A stretch of DNA of 64,000 nucleotides. Source: Giardia intestinalis (Eukaryota). A program made the translations under genes and the position numbers. How positions within the stretch are numbered: the stretch's first letter is position 1; the number at the start of each line of letters is the position of its first letter. The DNA lies in the NCBI GenBank assembly GCA_000002435.2, contig CM018792.1; one strand, written 5' to 3'. The notes under the pieces are model-generated. The model was not told the origin of the DNA. It worked only from the letters and a program-made list of their open reading frames with translations, and ran no database searches. Positions 28,301 to 37,707 of this stretch are shown here, piece by piece.

Positions 28301-31023
28301 CGATAGCAGCCAGCGTATCTGCTGTCCAAACGAACCTGGCTGCGCCTTCCTGTGGCAGGCGGGCCACTATCGAACCTCTCAATCTGCACGACTGCCCTGT
28401 ATCACCGTGTTGAACAGTCTTTTCATCTTTGGTCAGAGGATTGCTACACGTGTTACAAGCTTGGCTCGTCCATCAACCAGGTGGTGGCTCAGCGCTCGCT
28501 CTTGCTTGTCTCCCAATCCAGACGCCAACGCTTGCCGTTGTACTCAGATCAGTATCACCTATACATCTGCTTCCACCATCCTTCAGAGCACATGCTCTAC
28601 AGCCGAAGGCCGATGCCCCCTATTACGAAGAGGAGTGTCCCCCGACTTACTCCACCTTAAGTAGGCCTACTAGGCACACTCTTGTCTGCTTCCTTACCTT
28701 CCTGCCTGCAGGCCGCCACGTGGTTCTCCTTCGTCGCTCCGCTTCACACATGTGTCGCGTCATCGAGCGTTCGTGACCTCAAGTGACCACCCGGAATCAG
28801 ACCCTTCGCACTATACTACAGGCAGCTCAGCATAGGCATGACCCATAAGCAACGCTGGTCCTCTTGGCGCGCCCACCAGCTGAACGCTGTTACTCTGGCC
28901 CAACCAGCCAGCAAGAGGCCTTAGCTCGTGCTCCAAGCTATCCACGAAGCATGGCTACTCTAGGGGGTTCCCGAGCACAGTCAACAGCCACAACGTATCT
29001 CAATCGGTCACAGGGTAGCCACTTTCATCGGAAATCCATGTGGGGGACACATCTTTGGCAGCAGCTGATCACCTTTATCTTCGAGTCTCTACTAGGCCAT
29101 AGCTAGCACCAACCGGAGTGGCAGGGTCAGCACGGCCTGGCCCAGCAGTGCCATCTGTCCTCACCGGCCCATAGAGTGTGCTCGACTCCACAACCTTATG
29201 ACTAGTTCTATAGCACGCTCTGGGTCCGATCGGTCAGGTGGCAGGACTATCAACTCTCGGGTGGCTGTGCTAAAACCTACTCTGGAGCGAGGCCACTGCA
29301 GCAGGGGCTAGATCCATCACACCAGAAGCGATCACCGGCTTCTCATCTACCGGATGGAAGCTGCAATAATGGCTGGGTAAGGAAACCAGCCTGGCAAGGT
29401 ATGACCGGCGGAGCGGATCCAAGCTCATCAGCAATCTACAATGCACACCACTCAGGCTCTATGGGTAGGCATAGCATTCGCTTGGTTCATGGTGATGGGC
29501 ATCGGTGGGTGTCCTTACGACACAAGGACAGTGACTAATGGACCACAACGGCTGTTCATTCATGTGACCCTCTAGCCACTAACATAGGCAGGCCTTCTAC
29601 AAGGCCCTTGCCTGGATCGTATCCGAGATATGTCCTTGCGGTATCTCTTGCTGTCCAGGTGCGTGTGACTGGACCTTCTACTTTTCACACTGGCTCGTGG
29701 ACGTCGGCGCTTTGGCCTCTGGTGGAGCTATAATAGAGATCTGGCATAGGGTGTGGTGCCGTTAGCTGAGCCTTATCATGCTCCCATGCACGACGGGAGA
29801 GAGCCGGTCCTCCTTGCACTGTGCAGGGAGAGAGGGGCATCGAACTACACTACACTCTATACCGTGTGGCGCGGTTTGCAGTGCAAGGGACAGAATGCCT
29901 GTACTGAGTGCCCATTTGTCCAGGCCAGCTACAGATCGGGCTGGAGGTGACAAGCGAGCGCTGCTCGATTCCTTATTAGCAGGTGGGAGCCTGACCGCCC
30001 TAATACTTGCATGAGGCCAAAGGAGCGCCGGATCATGAGCCTGGCCAACACCTGGCGGACCAGCATAGACACCTCGAGCTCCTATTCCTTCTCATTGACG
30101 ACAGCTTGATACGGAGAGTCTTTGTCGTCCCGCACACACAGATGCTCCCATTAGCGATAGCATCGGGGTGATTTGGGAGTAGTAGTGGAGTTCTCATTCA
30201 GCTGGCCCAGAAGACACACAGTTTGAGCAGCGTTTCCTCCTTGTTCAAGTTGAGAGAACCGACCTACGCCTTCGAACTCCATCTGGTACCTTTCATGCAC
30301 TACGGGATCTTGATAATATTCACTGCAAAGGGTTAGAACTGGAGCCTGTGTGCCCACCAGGTGGAAGCATTATACACGCTAGTCAATACCGATTCGCGCA
30401 TTCACGGACCTTGTGATCTTCCCAGGCCCCGCAAAGATCCACCTACGAGTGTCCTTCACCAGGTAGTCGGGCAACAGGCGTGACCAAGGGATAGGGATGC
30501 TGTATGGGCATCGGTGCATGGGCCAGACCCGCACAGAGAGGGCACAGGGGCTGGCTCTTCAGGGGTGCAGAGGTACTGGGAGAGGAACTAGTGGCAGACC
30601 TGCCACAAGAGGCCGGGTTCCCTCGATTCTGCAGGAGGCAGGTACACAGGGTTGCGTCGCTGTCTGTTTCTGGACTTTTTATCTATGCCTACACAGTGGA
30701 ATGATAAGTTTTTAGTCAAACTACGTTAGAAAGTCCCTATAGGTGTAAGCTATATACGCTACATTAAAGTACACATGATAGATACATTTATTACTTAAAT
30801 GAGTGCATGTGCTTTCCTTTTGCAGACGAATTTCCAGTAATTCTATGACATGTTAACAGAAGAGACAATCATCATTCAATCTAAAGTTAACTTCACATTA
30901 TGTTTCATTCCTCATATATTGCCAATTACATGTGCTGATTTCTATGAGCTGGATGTCTTTTGAAGATATGCAGCACTGACTCACAGCTCTACATAGATCG
31001 TTACTTGGCTACTCTTAGTCTCA
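25350..31023. other. 5.7-kb ORF-poor interval between the kexin-like gene and the VSP (left arm). Mirrored at 37708..43381.
   Basis: The longest ORF in 5.7 kb is 126 aa, whereas elsewhere in the window genes are separated by ≤300 bp. GC is moderately elevated, except for an AT-rich ~300 bp immediately upstream of the VSP ATG. Confidence 0.6.
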
Positions 31024-31028
31024 ATGTT
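31022..31028 (+). promoter_or_regulatory. VSP initiator element PyAATGTT spanning the start codon
   Basis: cAATGtt at the VSP ATG, preceded by ~300 bp of AT-rich sequence. The mirror copy is at 37703..37709 (−). Confidence 0.6.
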
Positions 31029-33102
31029 TGATAAACTCATTTTTGCGAGCTTGGCTTTACAATTAACTTGGGCAACACAAGTAAAGCGGATGGTGAGGTC
31101 TGCCACATGTGATTCAACTACCAGTGGATCAACCAAATGTGCAGCAGAAAAGTGCAATGTATGGATTGGAGGAAAGGATTATTGCTCGCAATGCTCTACT
31201 GATGCTGAGCTTCTTATTGATGGAGGATGTGCCCCAACTACTTCAGACCTAGCCAAAAAGTGTATAAGTGATAACAAAGGTAAATGCAGTTCCTGCGGAG
31301 ATGGCTACTTTCTTCACAAAGGTGGGTGCTACAAATTTGGTACTGCACCAGGAAATGCCGTGTGTACTGAACCATCTGCACCCGGAGATTCTCTTCCCGC
31401 AGGGGTGTGCACAACTTGTGGATCAGGGTACTTTAAGAATCCAGCAGAAAGCGCGGCAAGCACACCGCCATGTATTGCTTGCAATGACACAGCTGGCAAT
31501 AGCGGAAACACTGGACTCGTTGGATGCGGTACTTGTGACCCTCCTGTTTCTGGACAAGCAACATGCACATCATGTCTAGATGGATTTTTTGGAATAGGTG
31601 AGGGCACTGTTACTTGCACTGAATGCACAGGAGAATGCAAAACATGTAAGGGTGGTGCAGACCAATGTACATCTTGTAAAACATCATCAAAATACTTGAA
31701 AATTACAGACTCCGTCGCTGAAACCGGCGAATGTATTGATCAAGGACAATGTACAGAGACTCATTTCGCTATGGTAGATGGTGGTATAAATATGTGCTAT
31801 CTCTGTAATACTACTGATAAAGGTGGGAAAGTTGGATGCAGAACATGCACAAAAAGTGGTACAGTAACATGCAAGACGTGTCTTGATGGATTCTTTGGTA
31901 CTACTGATTGTGTAGCGTGCCATGAAGACTGCTTGACATGCAAAATCGAAGCAGCAAAATGTACTTCTTGTAAGGCAGATACTAAGCCATACTTTAAGGA
32001 AGGAGCTGATAATGATCAAACAGGCACATGTGTTGATGAAGTCGAATGCAAAGGAGATCACTTTTCTACAATTGACACTAGTAACAGTGATAAGAAAATA
32101 TGCGTTCCTTGCAGTAAGACTGACAAGGGTGGTATCACTAATTGTAAGACGTGTGCTTTTAAGGTATCTTCTACTGAAGAAAGACCGGCGATCACCTGCA
32201 CCGAGTGCACCACAAACAACCTGAGCCCCTTGAAGGACGAGTGCATGGCGGCCTGTCCCGCCGGCACATATGCTAATAATAAAGTGTGCGCCTCCTGCCA
32301 CTCGTCGTGCGCCGGTTGCCAGACCGACGACAGGGAGACCTCCTGCACGGCCTGCTATCCCGGATATTCCCTTCTGTATGAGCCCAACGGAGCAACTGGG
32401 AGGTGCGTTAAGGAGTGCACTGGTGCGTTCATTACCAACTGTGCGGACGGGCAGTGCACGGCTGACGTGGGGGGTGCGAAGTACTGTGCCCAGTGCAAGG
32501 ACGGGTACGCCCCGATCGACGGAATTTGTACAACGATGGCAGCTGCCGGAAGAGATGCGAGCGTATGCACGGCGGCAGGCGGGAAGTGTACGGCGTGTAC
32601 AGGAGATTACGCCCTCGTCTCGGGTGGATGCTACGGTATTCAGAAACTTCCTGGGAAGGCTATCTGCATAGCAGCTAACAATGGAGAGTGCACTACTTGC
32701 GCGAACGGACAACAGCCCAGTGGAAAGGTCTGTCCGACATGTCCAGCTGGCTGCTCAAAATGTACAGGAAGTGCTCCTTCACAGCAGTGTTCGGAGTGCT
32801 TCCCAGGATACTACAAGTCCGGGGATAAGTGCGTAAAGTGTGACAAGGATAGTGAAAATATTAAGGGTGTGCCAAACTGTGTGAGCTGCAAGGAGCCAGC
32901 CAATTCTTCCGGGGCTGTTACTTGCTATTTGACACAACAAAAGACTGACGATGGCACCGGCGGAGACACTGGAGGAGACAGTATGAACAAGAGCGGCCTC
33001 AGCACTGGCGCCATCGCGGGGATCTCCGTCGCAGTCATCGTCGTCGTCGGAGGGCTCGTCGGCTTCCTCTGCTGGTGGTTTATCTGCCGTGGAAAGGCGT
33101 AG
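31024..33102 (+). CDS. vsp: Variant-specific surface protein (VSP), Cys-rich, 692 aa
   Basis: Signal peptide MFDKLIFASLALQLTWA. Dozens of CXXC motifs and GGCY motifs. C-terminal TM followed by the invariant Giardia VSP tail CRGKA. PyAATGTT initiator at the ATG. AGTAAAC poly(A) signal 8 nt after the stop. Confidence 0.9.
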   Translation: MFDKLIFASLALQLTWATQVKRMVRSATCDSTTSGSTKCAAEKCNVWIGGKDYCSQCSTDAELLIDGGCAPTTSDLAKKCISDNKGKCSSCGDGYFLHKGGCYKFGTAPGNAVCTEPSAPGDSLPAGVCTTCGSGYFKNPAESAASTPPCIACNDTAGNSGNTGLVGCGTCDPPVSGQATCTSCLDGFFGIGEGTVTCTECTGECKTCKGGADQCTSCKTSSKYLKITDSVAETGECIDQGQCTETHFAMVDGGINMCYLCNTTDKGGKVGCRTCTKSGTVTCKTCLDGFFGTTDCVACHEDCLTCKIEAAKCTSCKADTKPYFKEGADNDQTGTCVDEVECKGDHFSTIDTSNSDKKICVPCSKTDKGGITNCKTCAFKVSSTEERPAITCTECTTNNLSPLKDECMAACPAGTYANNKVCASCHSSCAGCQTDDRETSCTACYPGYSLLYEPNGATGRCVKECTGAFITNCADGQCTADVGGAKYCAQCKDGYAPIDGICTTMAAAGRDASVCTAAGGKCTACTGDYALVSGGCYGIQKLPGKAICIAANNGECTTCANGQQPSGKVCPTCPAGCSKCTGSAPSQQCSECFPGYYKSGDKCVKCDKDSENIKGVPNCVSCKEPANSSGAVTCYLTQQKTDDGTGGDTGGDSMNKSGLSTGAIAGISVAVIVVVGGLVGFLCWWFICRGKA

Positions 33103-33110
33103 ACTTAGGT

Positions 33111-33117
33111 AGTAAAC
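33111..33117 (+). promoter_or_regulatory. Giardia polyadenylation signal AGTRAAY (AGTAAAC) 8 nt after the VSP stop codon
   Basis: tag acttaggt AGTAAAC. The mirror copy is at 35614..35620 (−). Confidence 0.65.
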
Positions 33118-33530
33118 ACGTCACTGTATATGGCTTATTACACTATGCTGCTGGGGCTATCTGAGGATCGCCCAGAGATCGTGTGGGTGGGCTCGCTCCT
33201 TCCTGGCCAGTTCAGAGACGAGGGTTGGCTGTGGATGATATAACGAGAGAGTCCTCTCCAGTGATATATTCAGAGTCTGGGCATTCCTCTACCGCTCTAT
33301 GGGGGTGTGCTCAGTCTGGGTGTGCGCGTCGGTCTGCCTAGGGGTCAACTTATTTGCCCATCTGTGTCGTCCACCAGTGGCGCCTCTCCTTGGTCTTCCT
33401 TCGTGGTGGGTGAAGCTCTGGTCGCTGTATTTTTTAGATGCTCCTGTCTGTCAGGGGCTGCCATCGGGCTCTCCGCTGGCTGGGCCCCGCGGTGTCCGTC
33501 CGGCTGTGTCCCGGACAGTGGTCCTACAGC

Positions 33531-33562
33531 CGCGGTCACGCAGGTCTCAGTGGGTCAGCTGG
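33531..33562. repeat. Inner 32-nt inverted repeat (left copy), separated from the main arm by a 32-nt diverged patch
   Basis: cgcggtcacgcaggtctcagtgggtcagctgg at 33531..33562 recurs reverse-complemented at 35168..35199. The intervening 33499..33530 and 35200..35232 are diverged, sharing only 'gctgtg'. Confidence 0.7.
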
Positions 33563-35167
33563 AGGGGACCGGATGGAGGGTGTTGTATGTGCCCTTGACC
33601 ACTTGGTGAGTGGGGTGATCGCAGCTGTGGTGACTGGGGGCTATCCCTTTGTGACTCACCCCTCTGTGTGCTCGTGGTCTGTGAGTGCCCTCCACCCAGA
33701 CAACACTCAGGAGCCGTGCACACCGGGACAGAGAGGAGACCAAGGGGAGTCAGGCAGCCCTGCCATGAGGGTGCACAGCAACCAGCCTGATCTGCATGGG
33801 CTGCTCGAGCGATGGTAGTGGCAGACGACTCCCTCTGACAGCAGCCCTGGTGACTGGCACTGATCTGCTCTCGAGGCTGAGTGGCAGTGAACACAGATGG
33901 ACCAGAGTGCAGGAGGACCATCCACACACGGACAGACTGTGCCCCCATACGAGAGGCCCAGGCAACTACCCAAGAGGCAGCAACAGACACGGGCACTAGA
34001 GATCCCCAGCCAGACACATTGCTATGCTCATCCACAGGGGCATCAGAGGGCCAGGTGGGGTCACCCTCACAATCAGGGTATGATAGAAACCCCAGAGGAC
34101 TCAAACACTACAGCAGAGCAGACCCAGAGGAGGCACACTCCAGGCAGGTGAGCAGTGGCAGAGCCTTGATAGCTGCCAGCCCCCCATGACACCCAGGCAG
34201 GCACCAGGCTCACCGAAACTCTGCTGGCCTCCACCTATGACCCGAGGGGGCAGCAGCCAGAGGAGTGAGGAGGCCTTCAGACACTCACAAGAGGCCCGGC
34301 TGTCCAGCAGGCGATGCCCGATCAGAGGCGACCACGAGCACCCTCCACTGCACTCTGGGGCTGTCGATCATTCACTGCCTCTCATAGCAGACCTCCTTGA
34401 GGGCAGTGCAGTGGGTCCCAGCTCATGCAGGAAGGTGCACACCTCCCTCGGCATAGGACACCCCGGCTCTCCCCGAGGGGTCATCAGAGCCACGAGGAGG
34501 GGTCAAGGTCCTGATAGACCACATCGGGAACTCCTGAACAGGCACAGCAGGTGAGGTATGGGTGACCCTCGGCGTGTTCCTCTCTGCTGTGAGCATCTTG
34601 AGACCAAGGGGGCTCACCTCTGCCTACGGATGATACACAGCGCTCCACAACGAGAGCCCACCAGGAGCAGCACAGCTGACCATGGGGACAGTGCAGCCAC
34701 CGGTGCCTCACCATGCCAGTCTTCTGGGCCATCACACTAGAGGCCTGAGAGAACCCCATCCCACCCACAGGGCCATCCACACCCCTGCTGGCCGAGGTGA
34801 ACTACCGTCGAGGCACTGGACAGGGCATGCCAGGGGCCCAGCAGACCCGCACAGAGCATCAGCGAGTAGCAGGAGGGGCTGCGATGGCCTGCCTCACCCC
34901 TCACGCACCAGCCAGACAGAGTAGCAGTACTGCCCGAGACATGCAGGGGCCAAGGGAGGCGATCAGTCAGGGGACACGACACGATCGTCGGTGCCTCTGT
35001 CTCGGGAGTGCAACGAAGGCTGAGGATCAGACACAATCACCCTAGCAAACAGAGCGGAGATCACCCACCCCAATGGCCCACCGAGAGGTCAGAGACACAT
35101 ACGAACACCCACCACCTCAGCCCCCACCAGAGCCCTCCAGCCTCACCCATCAACCCCGCCTCACCCA
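33563..35167. other. Unique central spacer of the palindrome, about 1.6 kb. GC-rich, strongly T-depleted on the + strand, CA/CAG/CCA-rich. Apparently non-coding.
   Basis: No mirror partner. Composition skew keeps many short ORFs open in several frames, with none convincing. No tandem telomeric TAGGG. Confidence 0.6.
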
Positions 35168-35199
35168 CCAGCTGACCCACTGAGACCTGCGTGACCGCG
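35168..35199. repeat. Inner 32-nt inverted repeat (right copy)
   Basis: Reverse complement of 33531..33562. Confidence 0.7.
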
Positions 35200-35613
35200 A
35201 CCGTGGGAGCCCTGACTCGAGCCACAGCTGCCCGGACACCGCGGGGCCCAGCCAGCGGAGAGCCCGATGGCAGCCCCTGACAGACAGGAGCATCTAAAAA
35301 ATACAGCGACCAGAGCTTCACCCACCACGAAGGAAGACCAAGGAGAGGCGCCACTGGTGGACGACACAGATGGGCAAATAAGTTGACCCCTAGGCAGACC
35401 GACGCGCACACCCAGACTGAGCACACCCCCATAGAGCGGTAGAGGAATGCCCAGACTCTGAATATATCACTGGAGAGGACTCTCTCGTTATATCATCCAC
35501 AGCCAACCCTCGTCTCTGAACTGGCCAGGAAGGAGCGAGCCCACCCACACGATCTCTGGGCGATCCTCAGATAGCCCCAGCAGCATAGTGTAATAAGCCA
35601 TATACAGTGACGT

Positions 35614-35620
35614 GTTTACT
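35614..35620 (-). promoter_or_regulatory. Poly(A) signal AGTAAAC of the minus-strand VSP copy
   Basis: Mirror of 33111..33117. Confidence 0.65.
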
Positions 35621-35628
35621 ACCTAAGT

Positions 35629-37707
35629 CTACGCCTTTCCACGGCAGATAAACCACCAGCAGAGGAAGCCGACGAGCCCTCCGACGACGACGATGACTGC
35701 GACGGAGATCCCCGCGATGGCGCCAGTGCTGAGGCCGCTCTTGTTCATACTGTCTCCTCCAGTGTCTCCGCCGGTGCCATCGTCAGTCTTTTGTTGTGTC
35801 AAATAGCAAGTAACAGCCCCGGAAGAATTGGCTGGCTCCTTGCAGCTCACACAGTTTGGCACACCCTTAATATTTTCACTATCCTTGTCACACTTTACGC
35901 ACTTATCCCCGGACTTGTAGTATCCTGGGAAGCACTCCGAACACTGCTGTGAAGGAGCACTTCCTGTACATTTTGAGCAGCCAGCTGGACATGTCGGACA
36001 GACCTTTCCACTGGGCTGTTGTCCGTTCGCGCAAGTAGTGCACTCTCCATTGTTAGCTGCTATGCAGATAGCCTTCCCAGGAAGTTTCTGAATACCGTAG
36101 CATCCACCCGAGACGAGGGCGTAATCTCCTGTACACGCCGTACACTTCCCGCCTGCCGCCGTGCATACGCTCGCATCTCTTCCGGCAGCTGCCATCGTTG
36201 TACAAATTCCGTCGATCGGGGCGTACCCGTCCTTGCACTGGGCACAGTACTTCGCACCCCCCACGTCAGCCGTGCACTGCCCGTCCGCACAGTTGGTAAT
36301 GAACGCACCAGTGCACTCCTTAACGCACCTCCCAGTTGCTCCGTTGGGCTCATACAGAAGGGAATATCCGGGATAGCAGGCCGTGCAGGAGGTCTCCCTG
36401 TCGTCGGTCTGGCAACCGGCGCACGACGAGTGGCAGGAGGCGCACACTTTATTATTAGCATATGTGCCGGCGGGACAGGCCGCCATGCACTCGTCCTTCA
36501 AGGGGCTCAGGTTGTTTGTGGTGCACTCGGTGCAGGTGATCGCCGGTCTTTCTTCAGTAGAAGATACCTTAAAAGCACACGTCTTACAATTAGTGATACC
36601 ACCCTTGTCAGTCTTACTGCAAGGAACGCATATTTTCTTATCACTGTTACTAGTGTCAATTGTAGAAAAGTGATCTCCTTTGCATTCGACTTCATCAACA
36701 CATGTGCCTGTTTGATCATTATCAGCTCCTTCCTTAAAGTATGGCTTAGTATCTGCCTTACAAGAAGTACATTTTGCTGCTTCGATTTTGCATGTCAAGC
36801 AGTCTTCATGGCACGCTACACAATCAGTAGTACCAAAGAATCCATCAAGACACGTCTTGCATGTTACTGTACCACTTTTTGTGCATGTTCTGCATCCAAC
36901 TTTCCCACCTTTATCAGTAGTATTACAGAGATAGCACATATTTATACCACCATCTACCATAGCGAAATGAGTCTCTGTACATTGTCCTTGATCAATACAT
37001 TCGCCGGTTTCAGCGACGGAGTCTGTAATTTTCAAGTATTTTGATGATGTTTTACAAGATGTACATTGGTCTGCACCACCCTTACATGTTTTGCATTCTC
37101 CTGTGCATTCAGTGCAAGTAACAGTGCCCTCACCTATTCCAAAAAATCCATCTAGACATGATGTGCATGTTGCTTGTCCAGAAACAGGAGGGTCACAAGT
37201 ACCGCATCCAACGAGTCCAGTGTTTCCGCTATTGCCAGCTGTGTCATTGCAAGCAATACATGGCGGTGTGCTTGCCGCGCTTTCTGCTGGATTCTTAAAG
37301 TACCCTGATCCACAAGTTGTGCACACCCCTGCGGGAAGAGAATCTCCGGGTGCAGATGGTTCAGTACACACGGCATTTCCTGGTGCAGTACCAAATTTGT
37401 AGCACCCACCTTTGTGAAGAAAGTAGCCATCTCCGCAGGAACTGCATTTACCTTTGTTATCACTTATACACTTTTTGGCTAGGTCTGAAGTAGTTGGGGC
37501 ACATCCTCCATCAATAAGAAGCTCAGCATCAGTAGAGCATTGCGAGCAATAATCCTTTCCTCCAATCCATACATTGCACTTTTCTGCTGCACATTTGGTT
37601 GATCCACTGGTAGTTGAATCACATGTGGCAGACCTCACCATCCGCTTTACTTGTGTTGCCCAAGTTAATTGTAAAGCCAAGCTCGCAAAAATGAGTTTAT
37701 CAAACAT
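35629..37707 (-). CDS. vsp: Variant-specific surface protein (VSP), identical inverted copy
   Basis: Protein sequence identical to 31024..33102, at mirror-image coordinates (sum 68731). Convergent with the other copy. Confidence 0.9.
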   Translation of the reverse strand: MFDKLIFASLALQLTWATQVKRMVRSATCDSTTSGSTKCAAEKCNVWIGGKDYCSQCSTDAELLIDGGCAPTTSDLAKKCISDNKGKCSSCGDGYFLHKGGCYKFGTAPGNAVCTEPSAPGDSLPAGVCTTCGSGYFKNPAESAASTPPCIACNDTAGNSGNTGLVGCGTCDPPVSGQATCTSCLDGFFGIGEGTVTCTECTGECKTCKGGADQCTSCKTSSKYLKITDSVAETGECIDQGQCTETHFAMVDGGINMCYLCNTTDKGGKVGCRTCTKSGTVTCKTCLDGFFGTTDCVACHEDCLTCKIEAAKCTSCKADTKPYFKEGADNDQTGTCVDEVECKGDHFSTIDTSNSDKKICVPCSKTDKGGITNCKTCAFKVSSTEERPAITCTECTTNNLSPLKDECMAACPAGTYANNKVCASCHSSCAGCQTDDRETSCTACYPGYSLLYEPNGATGRCVKECTGAFITNCADGQCTADVGGAKYCAQCKDGYAPIDGICTTMAAAGRDASVCTAAGGKCTACTGDYALVSGGCYGIQKLPGKAICIAANNGECTTCANGQQPSGKVCPTCPAGCSKCTGSAPSQQCSECFPGYYKSGDKCVKCDKDSENIKGVPNCVSCKEPANSSGAVTCYLTQQKTDDGTGGDTGGDSMNKSGLSTGAIAGISVAVIVVVGGLVGFLCWWFICRGKA

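Larger units (their letters stand above)
18842..33498. repeat. Left arm of a large perfect inverted repeat (palindrome), 14,657 bp
   Basis: Every ORF in 18842..33498 has an identical-sequence partner on the opposite strand at coordinate 68731−x. Examples: 19235..19471(+) with 49260..49496(−), 26265..26537(−) with 42194..42466(+). The VSP and kexin-like genes are identical between arms. Boundaries were located by base-by-base comparison. Confidence 0.9.

Noticed and set aside
25350-31023. Possibility that the ORF-poor 5.7 kb is an rDNA unit (Giardia rDNA repeats are ~5.6 kb)
   Set aside because: Giardia rRNA genes are extremely GC-rich (>70%) and begin with a characteristic CATCCGGTCGATCCTGCC… SSU 5' end. 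This interval is only moderately GC-rich and contains no such sequence. The size match is coincidental.
25350-31023. Degenerate GilM/GilT/GilD non-LTR retrotransposon
   Set aside because: No RT (YADD/FADD), endonuclease or zinc-knuckle remnants in any frame and no terminal repeats. It cannot be supported from sequence alone, though not excluded. Listed as a check rather than a call.
31687-32712. 341-aa ORF antisense to the VSP (and its mirror 36019..37044)
   Set aside because: It lies entirely inside the VSP coding region on the opposite strand. The Cys/Gly/Thr-rich codon usage of VSPs (TGY/GGN/ACN) leaves the antisense frame stop-poor. Its translation has no protein-like features.
33563-35167. 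Telomeric (TAGGG)n or centromere-like tandem repeats at the palindrome centre
   Set aside because: Only isolated ccctag/taggg hexamers occur. There are no tandem arrays or periodicity.
33299-35432. Cluster of 60-185-aa ORFs in all frames across the palindrome centre
   Set aside because: They overlap each other on both strands, are low-complexity (Pro/Gly/Ser/His/Gln-rich), and exist because the sequence is T-poor and GC-rich. The two outer ones (33299..33598, 35061..35432) simply straddle the repeat boundary.
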